Below, in pieces: positions 40,784 through 50,723 of a DNA stretch of 64,000 bases. Below the pieces are notes generated by a model. It saw nothing but the letters and a program-made list of their open reading frames with translations, ran no database searches and was not told the DNA's origin. Location: positions 13,227 through 77,226 of the forward strand of contig ONAZ01000007.1 of the NCBI GenBank assembly GCA_900315945.1, given 5' to 3'. Numbering within the stretch: the first letter of the stretch is position 1; each line of letters begins with the position of its first letter. The DNA comes from an uncultured Lachnospiraceae bacterium (GTDB taxonomy: Bacteria > Bacillota > Clostridia > Lachnospirales > Lachnospiraceae). The position numbers and the translations under genes are program-made.

Positions 40784-41458
40784 TTAATTAGCTACCTTTA
40801 CCATTGCATGTCTAAGGACTGTATCATTGTACATATATCCTTTCTGCAATACTTCAGCAACAACATTTTCACCTAATTCTTCATCCTCAACATGCATTAC
40901 TGCATTGTGATAATCTGGATTAAATTCGCTGCCTTCTGCTTCTATCTCTTTGACGCCTGCTTCTTCAAGACTTGTCATAAGCTGTTTGTATATCATTTTC
41001 ATACCATCAGCAAATGAATCTCCTTCAGTTGCAGCATCTAGTCCTCTTTCGAAATTGTCTACAACAGGTAATATTTTCTCTAAGATGCTTTTTGCACCCA
41101 TGTCATACATCTGGCCTTTTTCTTTCTCCGTTCTTTTTCGGAAGTTCTCAAATTCAGCCATCTGACGCATTACTCTGTCATTCAAATCATCAATTATCGC
41201 CTGATGTTTACTCTTCTTATCTTTCTTGTCTTTCTTATCTTTCTTAGAAGATTTCTTATCATCAGAAGATTCATCATCTTGTTTTGATTCTTCAGATTGC
41301 TCATCTGAATCATCCTTTGAATCAGAAGCCTTTTCATCAATGTCTTCTGTTTCTTTAACTGTTTCTTCTTCAGACACGTCTTTTTCTTCAGTTTCTTCTA
41401 CACTATCATTTGTATCGAAGTTTTCATCTGATACTTTCTTCTTAGTCTCTTTAGACAT
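40784..41458 (-). CDS. grpE: nucleotide exchange factor GrpE
   Basis: Acidic, K-rich N-terminal extension followed by a GrpE core (RKRTEKE...ILPVVDNFERGL...GYMYNDTVLRHAMVKVA). Confidence 0.92.
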   Translation of the reverse strand: MSKETKKKVSDENFDTNDSVEETEEKDVSEEETVKETEDIDEKASDSKDDSDEQSEESKQDDESSDDKKSSKKDKKDKKDKKSKHQAIIDDLNDRVMRQMAEFENFRKRTEKEKGQMYDMGAKSILEKILPVVDNFERGLDAATEGDSFADGMKMIYKQLMTSLEEAGVKEIEAEGSEFNPDYHNAVMHVEDEELGENVVAEVLQKGYMYNDTVLRHAMVKVAN

Positions 41459-41495
41459 TTTCCCTTTCCCTTTCTTTAAAATGTATCTCTAAAGC

Positions 41496-42569
41496 CTAGG
41501 GGCTATTAGAATCAATAATATCTTTCGATTTGCCGTCTTTTACGACTTGCTCAAGTTGTGATTTCAAATTCTTCAAATTATCAAGTACATTTTCATAATC
41601 CATTCGCTTCGGTCCAATAATACCAATTGTACCTTTCACTCCTTCCCCAAGTTCGTATGTTGCCGTAACAACTGAACAATCCTTCATGGTCTTGATTGAG
41701 GAGTCATTTCCAATATAAACTTGTATTCCAGTTTCATCAGCCTCACCTTCAGCTTCTGAACTGGCTTCTTCAATGAAATCTGCAAGTTGCTGCTTTTCTT
41801 CAAATGCATTAATTAAATCTTTTGCCTTCTCAGAATCACTAAGCTCTGGATATTTGAAAATATTAGTTGCACCGCTTGTATATACTTCCAAATCCTCATC
41901 CTCTTTGATAGTATCTGCAACAGACTTTAATACCTGATCAATAATTTCTTCATGTATTCCAGCCTGTTCCTTCATATTAGAGATAAGGCCAAGATTAATA
42001 TCATTAACTGTAAGTCCATTAAGATTAGTATTAAGAAGCATATTTAACTTAAGCATTGTCTCATTATCTAGCGGCTTCTCAACCTCAATAACCTTATTCT
42101 TAACAAGGTTACCTTCCATTACTACAACAGATAACACATGCTTATCATCCACATTTGATATCTGAACAAATTTAACTTTGTTAGATACAACACTAGGTGC
42201 AAGAATCATACTTGCATATTGAGTATTATTCGCTAAGACTTTAACAACTTGCTTGAGAAGCTTCTCCATCTTACCTGTCTTCTCAAACATTATCTCCTGC
42301 ATCTGAGTAACTTCTCTTTCTTTCTCAGCCATAAGATGATCTACATAGAAGCGATAACCCATATCAGTAGGAATTCTTCCTGCAGAAGTATGAGGTTGGA
42401 CAATATATCCTAACTCCTCAAGATCAGCCATCTCATTTCTAATTGTTGCAGAACTCAGATTCAGATAACTTTTTGAAATTGTACGTGAGCCAACAGGTTC
42501 ACCTGTTTCTAAATAATTCTGGATTATTGCATTAAGAATTATCTCTTTTCTCTCATCTAACTGGTCCAT
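41496..42569 (-). CDS. hrcA: heat-inducible transcription repressor HrcA
   Basis: N-terminal wHTH RKEIILNAIIQNYLETGEPVGSRTI with HrcA-wide similarity. CIRCE lies upstream. Confidence 0.92.
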   Translation of the reverse strand: MDQLDERKEIILNAIIQNYLETGEPVGSRTISKSYLNLSSATIRNEMADLEELGYIVQPHTSAGRIPTDMGYRFYVDHLMAEKEREVTQMQEIMFEKTGKMEKLLKQVVKVLANNTQYASMILAPSVVSNKVKFVQISNVDDKHVLSVVVMEGNLVKNKVIEVEKPLDNETMLKLNMLLNTNLNGLTVNDINLGLISNMKEQAGIHEEIIDQVLKSVADTIKEDEDLEVYTSGATNIFKYPELSDSEKAKDLINAFEEKQQLADFIEEASSEAEGEADETGIQVYIGNDSSIKTMKDCSVVTATYELGEGVKGTIGIIGPKRMDYENVLDNLKNLKSQLEQVVKDGKSKDIIDSNSP

Positions 42570-42623
42570 TGTAACCCCTCTAGCCTAATTGCTATTATTA
42601 ATCTAGTTACTTACTTTTGTCTG

Positions 42624-42650
42624 TTAGCACTCAAATTATTAGAGTGCTAA
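42624..42650. promoter_or_regulatory. CIRCE operator (HrcA binding site) of the hrcA-grpE-dnaK-dnaJ operon
   Basis: Perfect TTAGCACTC-N9-GAGTGCTAA. On the minus strand the -35 TTGACA (42689-42694) and a -10-like TAAATT lie just upstream. Confidence 0.9.
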
Positions 42651-42702
42651 TATCTTTCTAGAGATAATTTAACACCATAAAACTCTAATGTCAAGGATTA
42701 TT

Positions 42703-42778
42703 TTGTGAACTTTTTGAAAATTATTATGTGAACTTTTTGAAAATCATTATGTGAACTATTTGAAAACTATATAAAAGA
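42703..42778. promoter_or_regulatory. three phased ~24-25 bp direct repeats immediately upstream of the hrcA -35
   Basis: TGTGAACTTTTTGAAAATTATTA / TGTGAACTTTTTGAAAATCATTA / TGTGAACTATTTGAAAACTATAT. Confidence 0.45.
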
Positions 42779-42802
42779 TTGTAAAAACGCTTTAAGAATT
42801 AA

Positions 42803-44014
42803 CTAAAGCATAAATTCTCTTGCTACAATGTTCTGTAATTCCAGACCTCTTCGAGTTGGCTTAATAATATTACCTTCATTAATAAGTAATTCTTGACTAG
42901 TAAGATTTTCGATTTGACTTCCAAATACACTATCAAGAGTTCTTCCATATATGTCATAGAACTTTTCTGCACTAACTCCCTTATTCATTCGAAGACCGAG
43001 AATCATATATTCTGACATACTCTCTTCTTTAGTAAGTTTCTCTTCTTCTTCGAATTCATTTACAGGATTAGAAAGCGACCAATTCTTAATATAATCATCT
43101 ATGTTAGAAATATTCTTTAATCTTGTCTCATTATATAAGGAAGATGCACCAAGCCCCATTCCTATATATTGTTTTCTCCTCCAATAACCTATATTATGGC
43201 GGCATTCATATCCGTTCTTCGCGAAATTTGATATCTCATACTGATGAAAGCCTCTCCCATCAAGAAATGCCTTAATAAAGGCTGTCATCTCACAAAGCTC
43301 ATTTTCACCAGGAAGAAAACTTGTGATTTTACCCATGCATTGATTAATATAATCATCATTATATTTCTCATAAAAAGGTGTATTCTCTTCTATAATAAGA
43401 GAATAAACACTTAGATGCTTTGGATTAAGCCTTGTTACCTCACGTAATGTTTTTCTAAGGCTTCTAAGGTTTTGTTCAGGAAGCCCATACATAATATCAA
43501 CATTATAATTATCAAATCCAGCTTTAATTGTTGCGTCAATAGAATTAAGAAAGCTCCTATAGTCATGTATTCTTCCAAGAACCTTAAGTTCATTATCATC
43601 AGTTGACTGTAGTCCAAAACTAAGTCTGTTAATTCCAAGAGATTTGTATACAGAAAGAGACTCAAAATTAACAGTTCCAGGATTACACTCAATAGTAATC
43701 TCAGCATAATTTGATACATTAAATGACTGATTAATAGCATCCATAATCTTTACTATGTAATTAGTCTCTAACGAACTTGGAGTGCCTCCACCTATGAAAA
43801 TGCTTGTAACTTTATTATGCTCATATAATCGACCTTTAAATTCAATCTCAGAGCATAGCGCATTTACATACATTTCTTTTATTAACAAATCATTTCCTAA
43901 TGACTCTGGAGCAAATGATAAAAAATCGCAATAATTACATTTCTTTACACAAAATGGAATATGAATATATAGTTCTATATCTTCTATACTATTTCCCATA
44001 TTAGTCTTCATCAA
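42803..44014 (-). CDS. hemW: radical SAM heme chaperone HemW (HemN-like, YqeR)
   Basis: CxxxCxxC ([10 protein letters not shown]), a HemN-like C-terminal domain and the conserved lepA-hemW-hrcA order. Confidence 0.85.
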   Translation of the reverse strand: MMKTNMGNSIEDIELYIHIPFCVKKCNYCDFLSFAPESLGNDLLIKEMYVNALCSEIEFKGRLYEHNKVTSIFIGGGTPSSLETNYIVKIMDAINQSFNVSNYAEITIECNPGTVNFESLSVYKSLGINRLSFGLQSTDDNELKVLGRIHDYRSFLNSIDATIKAGFDNYNVDIMYGLPEQNLRSLRKTLREVTRLNPKHLSVYSLIIEENTPFYEKYNDDYINQCMGKITSFLPGENELCEMTAFIKAFLDGRGFHQYEISNFAKNGYECRHNIGYWRRKQYIGMGLGASSLYNETRLKNISNIDDYIKNWSLSNPVNEFEEEEKLTKEESMSEYMILGLRMNKGVSAEKFYDIYGRTLDSVFGSQIENLTSQELLINEGNIIKPTRRGLELQNIVAREFML

Positions 44015-45812
44015 GCTTCAATACGCTCATGAATGCACTTTGTGGGATATCTACATTTCCCACTTGACGCATTCTCTTCTTTCCTTCCTTCTGCTTCTCT
44101 AACAATTTCTTCTTACGAGAAATATCACCACCATAGCATTTTGCAAGTACATCTTTTCTTACAGCCTTAACCGTCTCTCTTGCTATAACTTTGTTACCAA
44201 TGGCTGCCTGAATTGGAATCTCGAATAGGTGACGTGGAATCTCGCCCTTTAACTTTTCACACATTTTACGACCACGTTCATAAGCAGTACCTTCAAATAC
44301 AATAAATGATAAGGCATCCACCGGTTCTTTATTAATAAGAATATCAAGTTTAACAAGGTTAGACTTAACATACCCCTTCATCTCATAATCAAAGCTGGCA
44401 TAGCCACGAGAGCGAGATTTAAGCGCGTCAAAGAAATCATAAATTATCTCATTAAGAGGCAAGGTATACTTAAGAAGAGCTCTTGTCTCTTCCATATACT
44501 CCATACTAATATACTCTCCACGTCTCTCTTGACAAAGATCCATAATTGCACCAATATAATCAGAAGTTACCATTATTTCTGCAGAAACAACTGGCTCTTC
44601 CATATAGTCAATCTCAGATGGATCAGGAAGATTAGATGGATTAGTAAGCTCTATCATCTCGCCATCAGTCTTATGAACTCGATATACAACAGATGGGGCC
44701 GTTGTAACAAGATCAAGATTATATTCTCTCTCTAATCTCTCTTGTATTATTTCTAAATGTAGAAGTCCAAGGAAGCCACATCTAAAGCCAAATCCAAGAG
44801 CAATTGAAGTCTCTGGCTCATATTGTAAAGCAGCATCATTAAGTTGCAATTTCTCTAATGCATCTCTAAGATCTGGATACTTGGCTCCATCTGCCGGATA
44901 CAAACCACAATAAACCATAGGATTAACCTTCTTATATCCAGGAAGCGGCTCTTTACATGGTTTTTCTCTATTAGTTACAGTATCTCCAACTCTTGTATCA
45001 GATACATTCTTAATTGAAGCCGTAATATATCCTACCATTCCTGCAGTAAGTTCGTCACAAGGCACAAATTGTCCTGCTCCAAAATAACCTACTTCAACTA
45101 CATCAAACTCTGCCTTACTTGCCATCATTTTAATAGGATCACCAGGCTTAACAGCACCTTCTTTTACCCTTATAAAAACAATAACTCCTTTATATGGATC
45201 ATAGACAGAATCAAATATTAATGCTTGAAGGGGATTGTTATTATCACCTGTTGGCGCCGGCAAATCAGTTACAATTGCTTCTAACACATCCTCCACATTA
45301 AGTCCTGTTTTTGCAGATATCTGTGGAGCATTCTCTGCTTCAATTCCAATTACATCTTCTATCTCATCAATCACTCTCTTAGGATCAGCAGATGGAAGAT
45401 CTATCTTATTAATTACAGGTATAACATCCAAATCGTGGTCAAGGGCCAGATACACATTTGCCAAAGTCTGAGCCTCCACACCCTGGGCTGCATCTACAAC
45501 TAGAATTGCGCCGTCACATGCAGCAAGTGAACGAGACACTTCATAATTAAAATCAACATGACCCGGCGTATCAATTAAGTTAAATATGTACTCATTGCCA
45601 TCCTTTGCATTGTAGACGATTCTTACAGCCTGAGACTTAATTGTAATGCCCCTTTCACGTTCAAGATCCATATTATCCAGAACCTGTGACTGCATTTCAC
45701 GTTCTGTAAGAAGTCCTGTCTTCTCAATTATTCTATCTGCAAGGGTTGATTTTCCATGATCTATATGGGCGATTATACAGAAATTCCTGATGTATTCTTT
45801 ATCTATTGACAT
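44001..45812 (-). CDS. lepA: elongation factor 4 (LepA)
   Basis: G-domain [26 protein letters not shown] and the LepA-specific C-terminal domain. Confidence 0.95.
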   Translation of the reverse strand: MSIDKEYIRNFCIIAHIDHGKSTLADRIIEKTGLLTEREMQSQVLDNMDLERERGITIKSQAVRIVYNAKDGNEYIFNLIDTPGHVDFNYEVSRSLAACDGAILVVDAAQGVEAQTLANVYLALDHDLDVIPVINKIDLPSADPKRVIDEIEDVIGIEAENAPQISAKTGLNVEDVLEAIVTDLPAPTGDNNNPLQALIFDSVYDPYKGVIVFIRVKEGAVKPGDPIKMMASKAEFDVVEVGYFGAGQFVPCDELTAGMVGYITASIKNVSDTRVGDTVTNREKPCKEPLPGYKKVNPMVYCGLYPADGAKYPDLRDALEKLQLNDAALQYEPETSIALGFGFRCGFLGLLHLEIIQERLEREYNLDLVTTAPSVVYRVHKTDGEMIELTNPSNLPDPSEIDYMEEPVVSAEIMVTSDYIGAIMDLCQERRGEYISMEYMEETRALLKYTLPLNEIIYDFFDALKSRSRGYASFDYEMKGYVKSNLVKLDILINKEPVDALSFIVFEGTAYERGRKMCEKLKGEIPRHLFEIPIQAAIGNKVIARETVKAVRKDVLAKCYGGDISRKKKLLEKQKEGKKRMRQVGNVDIPQSAFMSVLKLDED

Positions 45813-45924
45813 ATTGCCTCCGCTTTTGTGTTATAGTTTTAGCCAACTATGTATATGCCTGCGTATATACCTACATGTATACCTACGTATATGGTATAAA
45901 TACTATATATTCACTGGATAATTC

Positions 45925-46068
45925 TTCGTTAAGTGTATATAAGAAATTGTTGTTAGTCTTAAATAGTATTTACTAAGAACCGCCCATTGATCTGACATCC
46001 TGTCAGCAATGGGCTAGTTCCGACGTCCTGTCGGAACTTTCTTATATTGAACAATTTCTAATATACAC
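45925..46068. repeat. ~144 bp element with ~28 bp AT-rich imperfect inverted-repeat arms flanking a GC-rich double-hairpin core, in the lepA/holA divergent intergenic region
   Basis: Arms ttcgttaagtgtatataagaaattgttg and the reverse complement of gaacaatttctaatatacactaaactcga. Core hairpins cccattg-at-ctgaca-tcc-tgtcag-caatggg and gttccgac-gtcct-gtcggaac. Confidence 0.45.
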
Positions 46069-46196
46069 TAAACTCGAATTAAAATCGTGAATATATAATT
46101 TTTATACCATATACTTATGTAAAAAACTATGCTATACGTAGCCTAAATAATTTTATCATATAGGTATTCTTATCGCAATGAATGTTATGATATAAT

Positions 46197-46297
46197 ATGT
46201 CATAAGGAGGGACCCACGTGTGGAGGATGCCTTATGACCGGTAATATGTCATAAGGAGGGACTCACTTGTGGAAGGATTCCTTATGACTGGTAATTT
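46197..46297 (+). repeat. two tandem ~50 bp repeats, each with an SD-like AAGGAGGGA and a 9 bp-stem hairpin, immediately upstream of holA
   Basis: ATATGTCATAAGGAGGGACCCACGTGTGGAGGATGCCTTATGACCGGTA followed by ATATGTCATAAGGAGGGACTCACTTGTGGAAGGATTCCTTATGACTGGTA. Stem GTCATAAGG/CCTTATGAC. Confidence 0.5.
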
Positions 46298-46314
46298 GTC
46301 CCTTGGAGCTAACT

Positions 46315-47292
46315 ATGAATCAGATCGAACAAGACATTAAGAACAAACAATTTCATAACTTCTATCTACTATATGGTGAAGAAGATTATCTAAAAAATAA
46401 ATATGCTAATCTTCTAATCAATAGTATTGTAGAAAATAAAGATTCCATGAATTATTCATATTATGAAGATAAGGATATTGATAGCAATGATGTAATTGGC
46501 ACCGCTATTACTCTTCCTTTCTTTGCAGACAAAAGGATAATTCATATTAAGAATAGCAATTGGTTCAAGTCACCTAACGAAGACTTCAACAACTATCTTA
46601 GTGAAATATGCGATAGCACAGTTTTTCTGTTTGTAGAAAATGCAGTTGATAAACGTTCTAAAGCATTTAAAGCACTAAGCAAAGAAGGTGTTGTATTAGA
46701 ACTTGGCATGCCAAATAGCAATGACATTAGAACATGGATAGGTAATAAGCTAAAAGCCGAGAATAAATCCATGGAAAGAGAAGCCTACCAAGAGTTCGTT
46801 ATCCGTACTGATAGCAACATGGAGAATATGGATAAAGAATTTGAAAAACTCATTTGCTATATTGGCGACAATGATACAATTACTCTTCAAGATGTGGAAG
46901 AGATTTGCACAAAACAAATTCAGTCTAAAGTATTCGACATGATAAATGGAATTGCAGAAAAGAATCCAAAGAAAGTACTTGATATGTATCATGATTTACT
47001 TGCAAGTAAAGAGCCACCTATTAAGATACTAATCCTAATACAAAGACAGTTTCGAAGAAGTCTTCAAATAAAAGACCTTCGTGAACAAGGCTATTCTGAT
47101 GATAGAATTGCTAAGGAGCTTAAGGTTCAGAATTTCATTATTGGCAAGGAACTTAAAATGACTAGGAACTTCTCTACTGCCACAATGAATAATCTACTTG
47201 AAGATGCATGTAATCTAGAAAGAGACATAAAGACTGGTAATATAAAAGACCAATTAGCTGTAGAACTTCTAATGATGAAATATGCAAGTTAA
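46315..47292 (+). CDS. holA: DNA polymerase III subunit delta
   Basis: HolA-like N-terminus (YLLYGEEDYL) and C-terminal domain. The track start is TTG; ATG MNQIEQD with a GGAG RBS is preferred. Confidence 0.85.
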   Translation: MNQIEQDIKNKQFHNFYLLYGEEDYLKNKYANLLINSIVENKDSMNYSYYEDKDIDSNDVIGTAITLPFFADKRIIHIKNSNWFKSPNEDFNNYLSEICDSTVFLFVENAVDKRSKAFKALSKEGVVLELGMPNSNDIRTWIGNKLKAENKSMEREAYQEFVIRTDSNMENMDKEFEKLICYIGDNDTITLQDVEEICTKQIQSKVFDMINGIAEKNPKKVLDMYHDLLASKEPPIKILILIQRQFRRSLQIKDLREQGYSDDRIAKELKVQNFIIGKELKMTRNFSTATMNNLLEDACNLERDIKTGNIKDQLAVELLMMKYAS

Positions 47293-47298
47293 AAAAAT

Positions 47299-47329
47299 CC
47301 CACTAACCATGACGGTAGTTAGTGGGAAT
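47299..47329. terminator. bidirectional terminator between holA and rpsT
   Basis: aaaaaaa-TCCCACTAAC-catgacggta-GTTAGTGGGA-atattttt. Confidence 0.6.
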
Positions 47330-47345
47330 ATTTTTATATATTGAA

Positions 47346-47609
47346 CTAGGCAATCTTGTTAACAGCTTGTGTTAGACGAGATACTTTTCTAGCTGCATTA
47401 TTCTTGTGATATACACCTTTGCTTGCAGCTTTATTAATCTCAGAGATAGCAACTGTTAATGCTTCGCTAGCAGCTTTCTTATCGCCACTTGCTACAGCTG
47501 TCTCGACTCTCTTAATACAAGTCTTAACCTTAGATCTAATTGCTTTATTTCTCTCAGCCTTAGTCTGTGATACTAATACTCTCTTCTTAGCAGATTTAAT
47601 GTTAGCCAA
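47346..47609 (-). CDS. rpsT: 30S ribosomal protein S20
   Basis: ANIKSAKKR N-terminus. Probable TTG start 7 nt after AGGAGGTG. The track start GTG lies within the SD. Confidence 0.88.
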   Translation of the reverse strand: MANIKSAKKRVLVSQTKAERNKAIRSKVKTCIKRVETAVASGDKKAASEALTVAISEINKAASKGVYHKNNAARKVSRLTQAVNKIA

Positions 47610-47777
47610 TCTATACACCTCCTATTGTAATCTATCAAGGTTCTACGAATCCGGACACGGACAGTCCGCAGAACGTACCTTGTCTATATTATAGGAAATG
47701 TGTGACTATGTCAAGGTTTTTCTTGTAAATGTCTTAAATGTCTTTCTTAAAAATATAATCTGCGTCGAAACTCTACG

Positions 47778-48989
47778 TTATATTATCTCATATACATCGG
47801 CAAAGCCTGTAACCTCTAATATGTCCATCACATCCTCAGTCACATTCTTAAAGCGGAATTCATCAGGGTCTGGAAGGGATTCAGACATTATATTAATTAC
47901 ACGAAGTCCAGCTGACGAAATATACTCTGTATCCGCCAAATCCATAATAATCTCCTGAACTCCATCTGTATTCTGTTCGCGATACTCTGACAAAAGCTCA
48001 GGTCCTGTAATAGTATCTAATCTGCCTGTAATCTTACACACAAGAGTACTTCCATCTCTCTCCCATTGGACATCGAACTCTTTTCCTTCATCAGTATTTT
48101 TAACTTCGCCATCCTTTACAGTCATCACCCACATGATAATACTCTCATACGCCTTACGTAGTTTTTCTAAATCATCGGAATTATCATTCAGGCTTGTAAG
48201 CTGTGGTAGCTTCTTGGCATAAGTAACCTCTTCTATCTCGAATCCATGCTCCTTGAAATACTTCTTTGCTTCAGACACTTCTCCTTGAATTACTGTATGA
48301 TTAACTGGAATATTAGCAACCTTGGCTCCGCCCTTTTGCATCATTTCTTTGATAATCTCACCATCAGAATCTGTAAGAGCTGAAAATGTCTCAGCACCAA
48401 GCTCTCTGGAATACTTATCTGCAGTAATCCACATTCCGCCATGCTCTTTGAGAATCTCTCTTATATTATTCAATACAGAATCAAGCTCTGGGTCATTAAA
48501 ATATCCTAGTAGCCCATCTGTCAAAATACATATTTTACCCTTTGCGTCCTTAAGCGCATTTCTTAAAGAATCAAGATTAGTAGCATCAACTGCAGCAAAA
48601 TGCATCCTCTCATTCTGTTCACTAGTTGCAATCTCTCGGATAGCTGGCTCTAGTTCTTCTACTACTGCAGGCAAATCAAGTCCGTAGAACTGTTTTCCAG
48701 CTTCAGTAAGTGCTAGTCCTCTTGGCACATATCCACATGGAAGGTCAACTATTGTATCGCAGCCAGATTCTTCCGCCATAATATTACCAATATAATAGCG
48801 TGCTTCATTAGATACCATATATGCTCTTATAATTTCTGGTGGAGTATCCGTTGCACGAGGAACACCCATATCAATCTTACTTCCAAGCTCCTTGGCTCCT
48901 TTAACTCCAGTATTCATCAGTAATCCCAAGCATCCCTTCGCAGTTGCAAATACGGGATTAACTTCCAAAAATAGCGCTTTCTTATCCAT
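47778..48989 (-). CDS. LCM/TcmP-type class I SAM-dependent methyltransferase-like domain fused to a C-terminal STAS (anti-sigma-factor-antagonist-like) domain
   Basis: N-domain IVDLPCGYVPRG / ICILTDGLLGYF resembles the LCM-family SAM motifs. The C-domain ...MDLADTEYISSAGLRVINIM... matches the SpoIIAA-like DxSxxxxxDSSGLxxL phosphoserine region. Confidence 0.55.
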   Translation of the reverse strand: MDKKALFLEVNPVFATAKGCLGLLMNTGVKGAKELGSKIDMGVPRATDTPPEIIRAYMVSNEARYYIGNIMAEESGCDTIVDLPCGYVPRGLALTEAGKQFYGLDLPAVVEELEPAIREIATSEQNERMHFAAVDATNLDSLRNALKDAKGKICILTDGLLGYFNDPELDSVLNNIREILKEHGGMWITADKYSRELGAETFSALTDSDGEIIKEMMQKGGAKVANIPVNHTVIQGEVSEAKKYFKEHGFEIEEVTYAKKLPQLTSLNDNSDDLEKLRKAYESIIMWVMTVKDGEVKNTDEGKEFDVQWERDGSTLVCKITGRLDTITGPELLSEYREQNTDGVQEIIMDLADTEYISSAGLRVINIMSESLPDPDEFRFKNVTEDVMDILEVTGFADVYEII

Positions 48990-49083
48990 TTATCTCATAC
49001 CTTTCTGTTATACTTAATTGAATTCACTATATAGAATATGCCATAACAATTCTGTATCTGTCAAATACTTTCCTTACTCTAAT

Positions 49084-50679
49084 CTAATACTTATATCCTG
49101 GATTAATTAGATCAAGTAGTTTCTCATCGTGCTTATATGTAAGATAAGGTTTCTCATCAAGTATCATAGTTGCGCCTGTCTTAGCAGTATAAGGTTCCCA
49201 TTTTTCAACACCTTTATATGACGGAACCCCAGTTCTTGCAAAGCTGGTCCAGAATCCACTCATTATATTAGCTAGTTTTGTATTATCAGATGTATTCCTA
49301 AAAACATACGGTATTTCGCTATTATGGGATGCCCCTGCAATTCCTGACTGATATGTAAATACATAACCATATACATTAGCCCCTCCCTGATTAGCCTTAT
49401 GCTTCATTATTTTCAAGGTAGGCTGTCTTACAATGATATCCGTATTCTTAGCAATATCTTCATCCTCATTGATGTATGCTTTTTTAAATTCTGAATTAAT
49501 CTTTCTATTAACAAGATGCGTCTCACCGGCATACGCTGCCCATTCTTCAAGATTACTTCCAATTAGAAGTGGAATATCCTTGCTTGCAGTGGCGAAGGAA
49601 TCTCCTACAACAGGGTTCGTTGGAATGAAATCACCATCTACTACAGGTTGCCACTCTAAAGCATAACCACTTCCAACTTCAACTGGAATCTTATATTTTA
49701 TAGCAGTCTCTTCTAATGCTTTAGTTGATGCTTTTTGCAAGTCAGCATTACTTACATTTTGTATATCTTCTATATCACTCTTCTTAATATTAAGCTCTTC
49801 TAGTATTCTTTCAGTCAGATACTTGCTTACTTCTTCTTCAGTAAAGACGGCTCCTTGTACGTCTGATGCGCCCGATTCAACAATAGCCTTATTGTATAGC
49901 CCCTTGGCATAATACGAAGTCATGAGTGCAAGGACCTTTCCTCCACCACCAGACTGGCCAAATATTGTAATGTTATTAGGGTCACCCCCGAAAGATGCCG
50001 CATTACTTTTAACCCACTCAAGTGCATTTACCAAATCATACATTCCTACATTGGCAGAATACTTATACTTATCCCCATAATCGGACAGATCTAGGAAGCC
50101 ATACACATTTAGCCTGTGATTGACAGTGATAACAACAACATCTTCATCTCTGGCAAGATTAGCTCCATCATAGTCCTCATCATTTCCTGATCCAATGGAG
50201 AAACCTCCTCCATGAAACCACACCATAACAGGTCTCTTACCACCATCATTTATAGCAGGTGTCCACAGATTGAGATTAAGACAATTGTTATCACCCTCGC
50301 TATAATCTTGCGGTTCCCGTCCAAATATTGCACCCTGTGGAGATATCTCACCATATTCTACTGTATCTTTAACTCCACTCCATGTATCAGGCTTGTCTGC
50401 AGGGACAAACCTCTCTCTTGCCTTGGCATATTCTATTCCATGATAAGTATATACACCATCATCAATAGCACCTCTAATTGTTCCGTATGTGGTGTTAACA
50501 GTGGCCTTGTCAGTTGCTTGAAAAACTTTTCCATGCGCAAAATTACCACTTGTCCTATACACTGTTATCCATAAGAATAACGCTACTGCTGCAGTAATAA
50601 CCATCAGAACAAGTAGCATTATCCCAATTATCTTCAATATTCTTTTTTTATTTCTTTTTCCTTTATTTCTGACACTCAT
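49084..50679 (-). CDS. type-B carboxylesterase/lipase family protein with N-terminal TM anchor
   Basis: VMVWFHGGGFSIGSG oxyanion region, GQSGGG nucleophile elbow and an N-terminal hydrophobic helix after a basic stretch. Confidence 0.8.
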   Translation of the reverse strand: MSVRNKGKRNKKRILKIIGIMLLVLMVITAAVALFLWITVYRTSGNFAHGKVFQATDKATVNTTYGTIRGAIDDGVYTYHGIEYAKARERFVPADKPDTWSGVKDTVEYGEISPQGAIFGREPQDYSEGDNNCLNLNLWTPAINDGGKRPVMVWFHGGGFSIGSGNDEDYDGANLARDEDVVVITVNHRLNVYGFLDLSDYGDKYKYSANVGMYDLVNALEWVKSNAASFGGDPNNITIFGQSGGGGKVLALMTSYYAKGLYNKAIVESGASDVQGAVFTEEEVSKYLTERILEELNIKKSDIEDIQNVSNADLQKASTKALEETAIKYKIPVEVGSGYALEWQPVVDGDFIPTNPVVGDSFATASKDIPLLIGSNLEEWAAYAGETHLVNRKINSEFKKAYINEDEDIAKNTDIIVRQPTLKIMKHKANQGGANVYGYVFTYQSGIAGASHNSEIPYVFRNTSDNTKLANIMSGFWTSFARTGVPSYKGVEKWEPYTAKTGATMILDEKPYLTYKHDEKLLDLINPGYKY

Positions 50680-50723
50680 TTTATATTCAGTATCTCTAAT
50701 CCATGTGCTAATAATACTATCTT

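Noticed and set aside
46303-46314. ORF-track starts displayed as M for holA, rpsT (47618), the U32 gene (21091), the DUF1292 gene (23708) and the TPM gene (33785)
   Set aside because: The underlying codons are TTG or GTG located inside or before the Shine-Dalgarno sequence. Downstream ATG codons (or TTG for rpsT) with proper SD spacing were used instead.
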